Assembly (NCBI GenBank): GCA_965206985.1
Contig: CBDBLF010000011.1
Coordinates: forward strand, 477,320-541,319
DNA: 64,000 nucleotides
Direction of reading: 5' to 3'
DNA from: Spirochaetota bacterium
GTDB lineage: Bacteria > Spirochaetota > Leptospiria > Turneriellales > CBDBES01
Shown: piece by piece, positions 38,487-48,135 of the stretch
How the letters are laid out: each line of letters starts with the position of its first letter
How positions within the stretch are numbered: the stretch's first letter is position 1
Notes under the pieces: generated by a model
The model's database searches: none
What the model was told of the DNA's origin: nothing
Seen by the model: only the letters and a program-made list of their open reading frames with translations
Program-made: the position numbers and the translations under genes

Positions 38487-39742
38487 GTTATCCATTAGTC
38501 AGAGAAGTCGATTCAGAGCTCAACTCAATTCTTGAAGAAGAAGATAAACGGCAACAAGATGGCTTGGAGCTTATTGCATCTGAGAACTTTGTTTCAAAAG
38601 CAGTTCTTCAAGCTTATTCTTCCACATTTACGAATAAATATGCAGAAGGTTATCCGGGTAAACGTTATTATGGAGGTTGTTTCGTTTCGGATAAAGTCGA
38701 ATCTCTGGCAATCGCACGAGCTAAAGAACTATTTTCGGCAAATTATGTCAACGTTCAACCGCATAGTGGTACGCAGGCTAATATGGCTGTTTGTTTTGCG
38801 GTCTTAGAACCCGGTGATACCATATTAGGAATGGACTTAAAACATGGTGGTCACTTAACTCATGGTTCCAAAGTTAATTTTTCAGGTCTTTATTATAATA
38901 TTGCATCATACGGTGTTCGCCCTGATGACTCTCGCATCGATTATGAACAAGTCGAGTTCTTAGCTAAAGAACGTAAGCCAAAATTAATTATTGCAGGAGC
39001 CTCAGCCTATCCGCGAACCATTGATTTTATCAAATTTTCTGAAATTGCACGTAAAGTGAATGCACACCTAATGGTAGACATGGCCCATATTGCGGGGTTG
39101 GTTGCTACAGGCTTGCACCCATCCCCCATGAAATATGCAGATTTTGTGACCACCACAACGCATAAAACACTCCGTGGCCCACGGGGGGGGCTCATTCTTG
39201 CCAACGACGAAGTAAAATGGGGCAAAAGACTCAATGCTCGTTTATTCCCGGGCATTCAGGGTGGACCTCTTATGCACGTAATTGCAGCAAAGGCAATGGC
39301 CTTTGGGGAAGCTCTTGAACCAAACTTTAAAAAGTATCAATTGCAAGTGATTAGCAATGCTCGAATTCTCAGTGATACTTTCTTAAAAAGAAATATTCAG
39401 GTTGTCTCAGATGGCACAGACAATCATATTGTTCTTATTGATGTTTTTAAAAGCAGAAAAATTATAGGTCAAGAGGCTGAAAAAGCTTTAGAAGAAGTTG
39501 GCATCACAACGAACAAAAATACCGTGCCTTTTGACGAAAATCCACCAGCCATCGCTAGTGGGATTCGGTTAGGTAGCTCTGCGCTTACAACACGGGGCAT
39601 GAAAGAAAAAGAATTTGAAGAAATTGCTCATTTAATTGTAGATGTTTTGGAGAACTCACAAAATGAACGAGTCAAAAAGTCTACCCAAGAAAAAGTGCAG
39701 AAGTTATGCTCTCGTTTCCCGATGAATGCGTTTCAATTATAA
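38483..39742 (+). CDS. glyA: Serine hydroxymethyltransferase
   Basis: [22 protein letters not shown] (PLP lysine), 419 aa. Confidence 0.92.
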   Translation: MSYPLVREVDSELNSILEEEDKRQQDGLELIASENFVSKAVLQAYSSTFTNKYAEGYPGKRYYGGCFVSDKVESLAIARAKELFSANYVNVQPHSGTQANMAVCFAVLEPGDTILGMDLKHGGHLTHGSKVNFSGLYYNIASYGVRPDDSRIDYEQVEFLAKERKPKLIIAGASAYPRTIDFIKFSEIARKVNAHLMVDMAHIAGLVATGLHPSPMKYADFVTTTTHKTLRGPRGGLILANDEVKWGKRLNARLFPGIQGGPLMHVIAAKAMAFGEALEPNFKKYQLQVISNARILSDTFLKRNIQVVSDGTDNHIVLIDVFKSRKIIGQEAEKALEEVGITTNKNTVPFDENPPAIASGIRLGSSALTTRGMKEKEFEEIAHLIVDVLENSQNERVKKSTQEKVQKLCSRFPMNAFQL

Positions 39743-39834
39743 CCGTTTTCCCCTTCACTCGCAGTAATTTATTTTGGCTTACGTTCTTTAGCTTATATCT
39801 CTACTGCAAGAGTGGTATATATTGGGGTTTACAA

Positions 39835-40176
39835 TTATTTTTGAAGGAAATGACGATTTATATATTTCTGAATTAAGTTTTTCCCTTTTAGGTGAATTAT
39901 TTTAAATTTTGCCCCGCAGTTTTTACCATGTACATTGCTCACCTCTAGTTGCGCGAGCATTTGTTCCCCTTCAAGAGGAAAGTTGACCTCAATTTCATCT
40001 CCTTTGAAGAAAGACTTTGTTCCTTTAATGGAAAGTCCTCCGAGCGAAATATTCACAATATCACAATTTTCCCATCTGTCTTCTGAGCTAAGTATCCGAT
40101 ACTTTCCTTTTACTTGGTGCAGGTTGATCCTTCCGCTATTTCTTTGTTGAACTTCCATTGTGGCTACTAATAACAC
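39835..40176 (-). CDS. PilZ-domain protein (putative c-di-GMP receptor)
   Basis: QQRNSGR...(RxxxR-like) followed by DIVNISLGGLSI (D.S.GG). Confidence 0.6.
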   Translation of the reverse strand: MLLVATMEVQQRNSGRINLHQVKGKYRILSSEDRWENCDIVNISLGGLSIKGTKSFFKGDEIEVNFPLEGEQMLAQLEVSNVHGKNCGAKFKIIHLKGKNLIQKYINRHFLQK

Positions 40177-40538
40177 ATAATTTGAATTATGTCATTTTTA
40201 CTATTTCGAGTTGTTAGTATACTTGCATTTTAGGTGACATTCCATCATATTATCTTATCGTATAAATTATTTCTAAACTTGTCTCAAGTCTACCATTATT
40301 TCACAATATAATTACTATTTACCAATGATTTTGACAAGAAATAAAAAATATTAAAATGGGAGAGAGAAGGATGATAGTACCCCCCTACGACCATCATTAG
40401 TTGGTTCAGAATTGGTTCAAATCAAGTTATTTGGTTCAAAAGGCTTGGGTTTACTGGTAGAGCAAGTGAAAGACATTTTCCTAAAAAAGGTGCATCAAAA
40501 GGCCGACGTTAAATCATCAAATAAAACAGAGGTTCCTA

Positions 40539-41116
40539 ATGAAGCACCCTTCTCAGGTTATTTGTCTAAACAGGTATTCGGCAGTAATGCGAAATAGTAA
40601 AGACAAAAAGTTATACAGAATGCAAATGGTTCATTATGCCAAGAAGCATGGTTTCAAGCCAACAGCCAGAATGTTTAAAACGACTGTAAAAACAGTAAAA
40701 AAGTGGTTTCGTAGGTTTGAATCAGAGAAATACGTTGGCTTGGAAGACAAGAGCCACGCTCCACACTACTCACCACATGCAATCACAGACTTTGAAAAGG
40801 CTTATGTTTGCTTTCTTAAAAAGAAACGTCGAGGCTTTGGTGCTCAGGAACTGAAGAATGTTTACCAACTAGACTTGAGTGTCAAGGCCATTCGCAGAGC
40901 GTGGAGGGAGCAAGCACTCTTGAAAAAAAAGCGTAGAAAACATAAAACGAAGCAAAATTTGCGTGAAATTAAGAAATTATGGGGTTTATTTAAGCAATTT
41001 GACGTAGATACGAAGCATTTATACGATATTCCTGAGCTTTGGCCTTATATTCAGGAAAATATTGTACCGAAATATCAATATACCTTCAGAGAAGTTTTTT
41101 CTGGCTTACAATTTCT
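40539..41116 (+). pseudogene. IS481-like transposase, 5' part (HTH region), disrupted
   Basis: ...KKWFRRFESEKYVGLEDKSHAPHYSPHAI... The reading frame is broken after ...SGLQFL by the IS1-like insertion. Confidence 0.8.
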
Positions 41117-41129
41117 GGTCGTGTCATAT

Positions 41130-41895
41130 TTAATCAAAGTTTCTATTTGCGATGAATAATTCTTGTATAGACCACTTATGATTCGTCATTTCTGTAGCCA
41201 TTGCTGGGGTGATTTGAATTGGTTTTCCTCCCTCATACTCAGCTAGACTTGAATGTGGAAGGCAGAAATTGTAATAATTAGCAACAAAAGAATTATGCCC
41301 CTGCATATATTTGAATTTTTTTGAAAAACCCTGACTTTTACGCTCTATTCTATGATTGTGTTGGCGAAGAGTCAAATTATTCCTTTCTACAGCAAAGGTG
41401 TTCATCTGATGACTTACTGAAGAGTTTGCAATATATTCATCTAGTAGCTTTTGATCACCAAAGATTAGAGATTTGTCAACTTCCTTACATCTCCCTTTTT
41501 CTATTCTCTTAATTATTTGCCCATAACATAGAGATTTGGGTGATTGAAGCTTTCTAGTCATTGAGTCAAATTTACCATAAACTGAAAGAATGGCATCACT
41601 ATATCCCTCATATCCATTCAGAGGTAATCAAAAATTTATCTTCCCTCTTTGGCTTACTTCTTGTTTTTACCTTGGTCAGTAACTTTCTAGCATTCACTGA
41701 GGTCCTCTTGCCTGTTATATGCGCTAAAATGAGCTTTTCTACAGGCAATACTGCAGTAAAAGTCCAGATATCCCCTATTTCATCACTTAATCGCTCAGTC
41801 TCTGATAGATTGTATTGTTTTTTAAAGACAAAACCCCAATGCTCGTCTAATTGAATTTCATTGAAAGACAGGTTTTTGTATATATTTTTTTTCAA
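41130..41895 (-). pseudogene. IS1-like InsB (DDE transposase) split by a 1-nt insertion
   Basis: An extra T at ~41617/41618 (CCATTCAGAGG versus CCATCAGAGG in copy B) divides it into ORFs 41608-41895 and 41130-41561. Confidence 0.85.
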
Positions 41896-42235
41896 CTTTT
41901 AGTGAATCTTCACCTGCTGCTTTAACCCAAGCAAGAACTGTATCCTTGCTGATACCAAAGACTCTTCCGGTAGCTCTAATGCCACAGCCCTCAACTGTGT
42001 TTTGTAATACCCGAGTAATGGTTTCTTTGCTTTTCTTGCGACGAAAAAAAATAGTGCCTTTATTCTCTGAAAAGCATCTACCACAAGCGGTGCACTTTAA
42101 ATAGGCTATTTGTTTGTACTTACCAGACATATAAGCAAAGCGCACATTTCCTTCATTTACCTTATGATACTTATGGCAGTCTGTATTTTGACAGCTAAAA
42201 CCACTTGTATCAAAGGTATATTTTCTTTTGTTCAT
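41858..42235 (-). CDS. IS1-like InsA (zinc-finger + HTH)
   Basis: 125 aa identical to copy B (C..C...C..C: CQNTDCHKY...CTACGRC). The track ORF is extended upstream into the IR. Confidence 0.8.
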   Translation of the reverse strand: MNKRKYTFDTSGFSCQNTDCHKYHKVNEGNVRFAYMSGKYKQIAYLKCTACGRCFSENKGTIFFRRKKSKETITRVLQNTVEGCGIRATGRVFGISKDTVLAWVKAAGEDSLKVEKKYIQKPVFQ

Positions 42236-42322
42236 AATGAGACATAACCTTAATTTAAGAGAGATAATCAATTCCTTTTTTAAGTTGGAAACTTTGATTA
42301 AATATGACACGACCCAATTTCT

Positions 42323-42902
42323 AGCTTTTGCAGATGAGTATAATATGGCATACTCTTGTCTGTTTATGGAGGTAATTTTAGATCATCTTGTAAAATCAGG
42401 GGTTGATTTAAAGAAAAATAATACGAGAGGGCAAACAGATAATGGCTCAGAGTTTATTGGTGCTTGGAATAAAAAAGGAGATTCGGAGTTTACAAAAGTA
42501 TTAGCCAGTTATGGTGTGCCACACCAGACGATCCCTGCTGGAGCGCATACTTGGCAGTCTGATGTTGAAACGACTCATAGATTGATTGAGGATCACCTTT
42601 ACCTGAATGAAACGTATAATTCAAGAGAAGACTTTCTCAACAAAGCTGGCTCCTATCTATTGATGTTCAATTCAATAAGAAAAAATTCTTACAAAGAGAA
42701 TAAATCGCCCTGGCAGCTGATCCGAGAGGAAAGCACAACTATTGACAAACAAATATTAAATTTACCACCGTTTCGACTGGACTATTTATTTCAAAAGATG
42801 CCAATGGTCGTAGGGGGGTATAATCCTATTCTCCATCCCTTAAAAAATATTAAAATAAAAAAAGAAAGATGTGAAGAAATTAATATCAAAAGTGTCGCAT
42901 AG
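42323..42902 (+). pseudogene. IS481-like transposase, 3' part (DDE core), disrupted
   Basis: Resumes in phase (QFL|AFADEY...), with QTDNGSEF and WQSDVETTH motifs. The ORF runs through the right IR and stops ~60 nt outside the element. Confidence 0.8.
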
Positions 42903-43069
42903 CAAAAGGTTTTCACAGGTTTTGGGCACGTTTTTTGTTTTTTTATGCACAATGTTGTTCAAAATAAGCTTTTTCCGAACATCAACTCTGACTTAGCAAG
43001 TAAAACTAAAAAAGTGCGGTTTTATTTGTTTCTAAATTTATTTCGTTACAACTTGTGATGAGCAAAGGA

Positions 43070-43690
43070 TCAACCAATTTTTTTACACTGGTGTATTTGG
43101 CTTTGAGATACGTAATCTGTCTGGAAGTTGAATACGCTTTGTGGGTGTGTGTAACAGACCCTGAATGGTGTGTTCGATGCATTAAAAAAAGATGAGACCT
43201 TTAGTGCGAGTTCTTTCTCAGCCTCTAATAACGATAGATCAAGACCCATTTCTTCGAAATAAACAAATAAAATGTTAAAATATTCTTGTTCGTTACGAGA
43301 TTCAAATGAATCATCAGAAACACTAACTTGTGAAATCCATTTTTGTTTTTTGAACTCTTCCATGGAGGCTTTGTCTTTTTGGCAGAAGATGATAGCTGAA
43401 ACAATAATATCATAAATGATTGTCTGGATAACCCGACAGAACTCATGATCTGTTTTCCAGTAATGCTCTGTCGCAACTTCTGCTTGGAAGTAATCACCCC
43501 AAGTAATAATATCAGGTATAGTGCCTAGTTTCTCTTCGATATCTTTTAGTTTTTGTTTACTGATGAAAGGTTTCTTGCTTAAACGATCAATAAACTTCTT
43601 CAAAAAGATAAGTTCTTTCATTTTTATTTCTGAAATTTTTTTTTGCCCGACGAGGATGTCTAATTCTGGATTTAACTTCTCTCCTTGCAT
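43070..43690 (-). CDS. Hypothetical protein (206 aa)
   Basis: ORF only. No recognisable motif. Confidence 0.4.
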   Translation of the reverse strand: MQGEKLNPELDILVGQKKISEIKMKELIFLKKFIDRLSKKPFISKQKLKDIEEKLGTIPDIITWGDYFQAEVATEHYWKTDHEFCRVIQTIIYDIIVSAIIFCQKDKASMEEFKKQKWISQVSVSDDSFESRNEQEYFNILFVYFEEMGLDLSLLEAEKELALKVSSFFNASNTPFRVCYTHPQSVFNFQTDYVSQSQIHQCKKIG

Positions 43691-43777
43691 ACGAAATTTA
43701 TCGTCATTTTTTTTTATTTTTAAAGTTTTTTCCTTGTCGATAACTTCTAAAGTATGGTAGAGTACTAGGGGGTTTCA

Positions 43778-44278
43778 ATGAAATATTACTACTCAAATTA
43801 TTTTTGTTTCTTTTTTCTGGTGTTTTTTACTTTAAAAATTTATTCACAAAGTTTATTCACTGATAAGACAAGACCAAAGGAAGAAGAACTCAGTCTTCGT
43901 CTTGGCAACAGCCTGTATAAAGAAAATCGTGTTGATGAATCACTTCTTATTTTTCAAGATTTTATTGATCTATATCCAGGGTCTGATCGCAGGAGTAAGG
44001 TGCTTGAAAAAATTGCAATTATCTACGAGGAGAAACAACAATTTGTCTCAGCACAAATGGTGTATCATCAGTTATTTCAAGAACTTGGTTTTTCTTCTAA
44101 AGGGCTAAAGTATTACCTAGAAGTGGCTCGCCTCTCAGAAATTATGGGTGATATTGAAGGAGCTCAGCAAACTTATCTCGTTATCAGAAAAGCGTTACCC
44201 GATTCTGATTTGTCACTAAAGGCTAAAAGAAGACTAGAGCTGAATCAACTTTTTTTTAAAAAAAAAGATGGAGAATAG
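43778..44278 (+). CDS. Exported TPR-repeat protein (YbgF/CpoB-like fold)
   Basis: Signal peptide and TPR-like helices (LGNSLYKENRVDESLLIFQDFIDLYPGS...). The last codons and stop lie in IS481-like terminal sequence. Confidence 0.55.
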   Translation: MKYYYSNYFCFFFLVFFTLKIYSQSLFTDKTRPKEEELSLRLGNSLYKENRVDESLLIFQDFIDLYPGSDRRSKVLEKIAIIYEEKQQFVSAQMVYHQLFQELGFSSKGLKYYLEVARLSEIMGDIEGAQQTYLVIRKALPDSDLSLKAKRRLELNQLFFKKKDGE

Positions 44279-44530
44279 GATGATCCCTCTACAGCTGTTG
44301 ATATCTCTTTGAACAAATAATCCAGTCAGAACGGTGGCCAAGTGTAATATTTTTTATCGATGCCTTCACTCTCTTCTTGAATAAGTTGCTATGATCACTT
44401 ATTTTCTTTGTAAGAATTTTTTCTTATTGCATTGAACATTCATAAATAGGAGCCAGCCTTGTCGAGAAAATCTTCTTTTGATTTATACTTTTCGTTAGAG
44501 ATAAGATGACTTTCAATCAGCCTATGCATA
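44265..44530 (-). mobile_element. Decayed 3' remnant of a second IS481-like copy
   Basis: The minus strand reads MHRLIESHLISNEKYKSKEDFLDKAGSYL*MFNAIRKNSYKENK... The intact copy has THRLIEDHLYLNETYNSREDFLNKAGSYLLMFNSIRKNSYKENK. The terminal GATGGAGAATAGGATGA matches the IR. Confidence 0.7.
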
Positions 44531-44566
44531 GTTTTCACCCTTCGAGCACAGGCGGGGGCTAAACCA
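44530..44566 (+). mobile_element. Solo right-end remnant of the IS3-family element
   Basis: AGTTTTCACCCTTCGAGCACAGGCGGGGGCTAAACCA differs at 2 positions from the right terminus of the IS3-family copies. Confidence 0.75.
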
Positions 44567-44616
44567 ATGGCCACTAAGGCTTGACAAGGGGGTTGGGAGT
44601 TAGAATAGGGTTATTT

Positions 44617-44862
44617 GTGGCTTCTGTAGATGTCATTCAACTTTTGACAGAGAAGATAAATGAGTTGCAAACTGAAAAAAAGCTTGACTCAATTGATCGA
44701 AACCAAACAATTTCCTCACTGGGGGTTGATTCCCTCCTCGTTATGGAAGTGGTGGGGGAAATTCAAGATGATCTTGGGATTGTTTTGTTAGAAAAAGACC
44801 TGGGTTCTGTACAGAAGGTTGCTGATCTTGAGAAACTCATTATAGAAGCTATGAAGACATGA
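44617..44862 (+). CDS. Stand-alone acyl carrier protein
   Basis: LGVDSLLVMEV phosphopantetheine-attachment motif. GTG at 44617 is preferred over the upstream TTG. Confidence 0.7.
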   Translation: MASVDVIQLLTEKINELQTEKKLDSIDRNQTISSLGVDSLLVMEVVGEIQDDLGIVLLEKDLGSVQKVADLEKLIIEAMKT

Positions 44863-44877
44863 CCAAAGGGGATTATT

Positions 44878-46656
44878 TTGTCAACAAATGCTAATTCTCA
44901 TCAATTCAGAGACTTGCTCTGGCTCTTAGAGTATCGCGCGACTGTTCAGCCTGATGATTTAGCCTATCGTTTTCTTCTCGATAAAAAGAACGCTGAGCCT
45001 GAAGAGATTACAAACCTTACATTAGCTAAAAAAGCTAGACAAATTGCATCTCTACTGGTTAGCCATGGGGTGAAACATGGTGATCGTATACTAATCAATC
45101 ATTTTCCAGGGATTTCTTATATTATTTCTTTCTTTGCCACCCTCTATGCGGGAGGGATTGCTGTCCCTGTTTATCCACCGCGCTTCAACACAAGAATGGA
45201 TAGACTTTCTATGATTGTGAAAGATAGTGGGGCGAAGGTTGCCCTAACTGTGAGCTTGGTTACGGAATCAATGATGCTTGACGAAGAGGAAGTTCTCAAA
45301 AATATTATATGGATAGAAACAGATACGAGCCTTGGTTCTATTTCTGAAATTAAAGATTCTGAATTACCAAGTTTTCGTCAAGACGACATGGCTTTTATGC
45401 AGTATACCTCTGGTTCTACTTCCAGCCCTAAAGGAGTTATGTTAACGCATGGAAGCTTGTTCGCTAATCTCCGGGGGATTTGTCACAAGTTTGCTATAGA
45501 CCCTCAAGTAGACCATGGGGTTATTTGGCTTCCTCCTTACCACGATATGGGTTTTATTGGTGGTATCCTGGCACCTCTTCACTCTGGGTTCGGTGTTACT
45601 TTAATGTCACCCTTCACCTTTATTCAGCGCCCTATCCGTTGGTTAGAGGCAATCAAACAATACAAGGGAACGATTAGTGGTGGACCAAATTTTGCCTACG
45701 ATCAATGTGTAAGGAGAATTCGAGATAGTGCCCTTGATTATTTAGATTTGAGTAGTTGGCGTGTTGCATTCTGTGGAGCAGAACCAATCCATCCCGATGT
45801 TTTGAATTCATTTTCCAATAGGTTTTCGTCTGTGGGTTTTAGAGAAAAAGCATTTTATCCATGCTATGGCTTGGCCGAGTCAACACTGATTGTTACCGGC
45901 GGAGAAGCTGGCGAAACTTTTACTACTTTTCATTCAGATCGTCAACAATTAGAGAGTGAACATATTGCTTCACCTATAAACAAAAATAACGTGAGCAAAC
46001 AAGAAAAAAAACGTATCCGATCTTTCGTTGGATGTGGGTCGGCTTTGCCGAATCATGATGTTCGGATAGTGGGTCATGAGACGAGAGAGCTTTGTGCTGA
46101 CGGTCATATAGGAGAGGTTTGGGTCTCCGGTCCTTCTGTGGCCAAAGGATACTGGAAACGAGAAGAGGAAACGAACTTTCTTTTTGAAGCTACTTATCTT
46201 GGGCAAAAAGATGATAGAAAATACCTACGAACAGGTGATCTTGGTTTTATACAAAATGATGAGATATATATTACTGGTCGCATAAAAGACATACTCATTA
46301 TTCGTGGCAAGAATTTTTATCCTCAAGATATTGAAGTTTCCGTGAACAAAAGTCATGAGCTCGTGAGTTCAAGAATGGGTGCGGTCTTTTCCATAACAGA
46401 GGATGAAGAAGAGCATGTGGTGATTCTTTCTGAAGTTTCTGGGAGCGTTGATAATGATGTCCTCAATGAGGTCATTGAAGCTATTGAATCAAGAATTTTT
46501 GAAGACCATGGTTTGAGTCCCAGTGGAGTTCATTTACTGAAACCAAGTAGCATACCTTTCACATCAAGTGGCAAGGTAATGAGACAAGCATCAAAAAAGA
46601 TTTTTCTTGAACGAGGGTTTGATACAGTGAAAGCCAAGGGCATCCATAACGAATAA
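44878..46656 (+). CDS. Fatty acyl-AMP ligase (FAAL-type adenylate-forming enzyme)
   Basis: AYRFL...GDRILI..PGISYIISFFATLYAGGIAVPVYPP, MQYTSGSTSSPKGVMLTH, TGDLGF, GRIKDILIIRGKNFYPQDIE. Confidence 0.8.
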   Translation: MSTNANSHQFRDLLWLLEYRATVQPDDLAYRFLLDKKNAEPEEITNLTLAKKARQIASLLVSHGVKHGDRILINHFPGISYIISFFATLYAGGIAVPVYPPRFNTRMDRLSMIVKDSGAKVALTVSLVTESMMLDEEEVLKNIIWIETDTSLGSISEIKDSELPSFRQDDMAFMQYTSGSTSSPKGVMLTHGSLFANLRGICHKFAIDPQVDHGVIWLPPYHDMGFIGGILAPLHSGFGVTLMSPFTFIQRPIRWLEAIKQYKGTISGGPNFAYDQCVRRIRDSALDYLDLSSWRVAFCGAEPIHPDVLNSFSNRFSSVGFREKAFYPCYGLAESTLIVTGGEAGETFTTFHSDRQQLESEHIASPINKNNVSKQEKKRIRSFVGCGSALPNHDVRIVGHETRELCADGHIGEVWVSGPSVAKGYWKREEETNFLFEATYLGQKDDRKYLRTGDLGFIQNDEIYITGRIKDILIIRGKNFYPQDIEVSVNKSHELVSSRMGAVFSITEDEEEHVVILSEVSGSVDNDVLNEVIEAIESRIFEDHGLSPSGVHLLKPSSIPFTSSGKVMRQASKKIFLERGFDTVKAKGIHNE

Positions 46657-46672
46657 TCAATTCAAGAGAAAT

Positions 46673-47065
46673 ATGTTTGGTCTATGCCTACTAGCTATTT
46701 TTTTTGATTCCTCATTTCTTTTTTGCTCGAAACCAAAGTCAAAAATAGAAACTCTGAGTCGCGTTGCTCTGCCTCGCTGGGTTAAAAGATATAGTCTGTA
46801 CTTCCCACATTCAAAGGTGATTGGTCAAAAGAAAAAGTTTCTACTGAAAACCACTAAAAGCCTTGATTTTTTACAGAGCTTTTATCATAAGACATTGAGT
46901 GTCCATGACTTTAAACTTGACTTTACCATTAATAAAAAAAATCGCATATTATTACAATTTCGTAAAGGTTACGAGGTTATCTCCATTGAACTGAGTAAGC
47001 TACCTTTTTCTGAAAATCAATTAATTCGTTTAGGCTACAGCGAAGTAAAATCAAAGACAAACTGA
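46673..47065 (+). CDS. Hypothetical exported protein (130 aa)
   Basis: N-terminal hydrophobic segment with Cys (FLFCSKP), possibly a lipoprotein. Confidence 0.4.
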   Translation: MFGLCLLAIFFDSSFLFCSKPKSKIETLSRVALPRWVKRYSLYFPHSKVIGQKKKFLLKTTKSLDFLQSFYHKTLSVHDFKLDFTINKKNRILLQFRKGYEVISIELSKLPFSENQLIRLGYSEVKSKTN

Positions 47066-48135
47066 TGCTTTCAAAACATGATACAAAGGGTTTCAAACCA
47101 GATAAAATTACCAATTTTCTATTTTGGATTATCTTTTTTTCTCTTCTGTATTGTGTTTGGTTGATTTATCAAATTTATGTATTTTCTTTTTTTATAGCTC
47201 TCATCTTCTATTTGCTTCTTAGAAAGCCCTACTTATTTTTTTTAAATATTTTTGGTGAGAGGAAAAGTTTAGCTTCTACATTCGCTTCACTGTTTACAGT
47301 TTTTGCCATTGTAGTCCCGCTATTCTTTCTTATCCAAACGTTAGCCAATGAAGCCTTCACTGCAATAAAATATTTGCAACATTGGTTAACAAAAGAAAAC
47401 TTACACCACTTCTATGAAGAAAACAAATGGTTTCGCTATATTGCTGAACAATTTGCAATGAACATTAGTGCGGTACAAGAGAAACTTTTACAGTTAACCA
47501 CGAGTATTGGTTCTGTTTTATTTCAGCAAAGTAGAGAAATTGTGTCGGGTATTTTTTCAATTATATTTAATTTTATCATCATGATTGCTACTCTCTTCTT
47601 TCTATTTCGTGAGGGAGAAAAAATACCCCCTTTTCTCTATTCGCTACTGCCTTTCCCTGACTCTCTTGAAGAAGAAATTGGTAGTCGTCTACTTCATGTT
47701 TTAGATGTGATGGTAAAGGGTACGGGTCTGATTTGTCTCATGCAGGGTTTGTGTATTAGTATCTACTTTTGGTTGTTTGGCCTGTCGACTCCTGTATTGT
47801 ATGGTTCCATCGCTGCTATTTTTTCTCTCGTTCCTATTCTCGGTACAATGGTGGTTTGGCTACCGAGTTCTTTGTTTTTATACTGGCAAGGGGAGGTCTT
47901 TAGTGCCTTTTGTTTATCAACTCTTTCTATTGTGACCTATCTTGGGCTCGAAAATATTGTCAAACCACTTCTGTTAGATAAAAAACTATCTTTGCACCCT
48001 CTTTTTCTATTTTTAGCTATACTAGGAGGAGTTGCTGAATTTGGTATTAAGGGCTTTATATTAGGTCCATTTGTAGTGATTGCTTTTCTTATTGTTCTTG
48101 AATTTATCAAACTTTGGCATAGCAAAAGTGTATGA
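47065..48135 (+). CDS. AI-2E family (PerM/UPF0118) transporter
   Basis: 356 aa, ~8 TM segments, with family-typical organisation and C-terminal glycine-rich TM. Confidence 0.6.
   Translation: MLSKHDTKGFKPDKITNFLFWIIFFSLLYCVWLIYQIYVFSFFIALIFYLLLRKPYLFFLNIFGERKSLASTFASLFTVFAIVVPLFFLIQTLANEAFTAIKYLQHWLTKENLHHFYEENKWFRYIAEQFAMNISAVQEKLLQLTTSIGSVLFQQSREIVSGIFSIIFNFIIMIATLFFLFREGEKIPPFLYSLLPFPDSLEEEIGSRLLHVLDVMVKGTGLICLMQGLCISIYFWLFGLSTPVLYGSIAAIFSLVPILGTMVVWLPSSLFLYWQGEVFSAFCLSTLSIVTYLGLENIVKPLLLDKKLSLHPLFLFLAILGGVAEFGIKGFILGPFVVIAFLIVLEFIKLWHSKSV

Larger units (their letters stand above)
41117..42314 (-). mobile_element. IS1-family-like insertion sequence, copy A (1,198 bp, insB frameshifted), nested
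   Basis: Perfect 27-bp IRs GGTCGTGTCATATTTAATCAAAGTTTC. The 8-bp TSD CAATTTCT is at 41109-41116 and 42315-42322. Confidence 0.9.
40358..42840 (+). mobile_element. IS481-like (single-ORF HTH + rve DDE) insertion sequence, interrupted by an IS1-like element
   Basis: Imperfect ~38-bp IRs contain a perfect 17-bp core TACCCCCCTACGACCAT (40378-40394 and 42804-42820). A 15-16-bp direct repeat (T)AAAAAATATTAAAAT flanks it (40342-40357 and 41 to 42856). Native length is ~1,277 bp after removing the nested IS and its TSD. Confidence 0.8.

Noticed and set aside
39756-39815. Inverted repeat CACTCGCAGTA ... TACTGCAAGAGTG between the convergent glyA and PilZ genes, considered as a bidirectional terminator.
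   Set aside because: The loop is ~35 nt, the stem is interrupted, and no U-tract follows on either strand.
44581-44606. TTGACA ... TAGAAT promoter-like hexamers just upstream of the ACP gene.
   Set aside because: The spacer is only 14 nt, outside the functional 16-18 nt range. It cannot be supported without transcript data.
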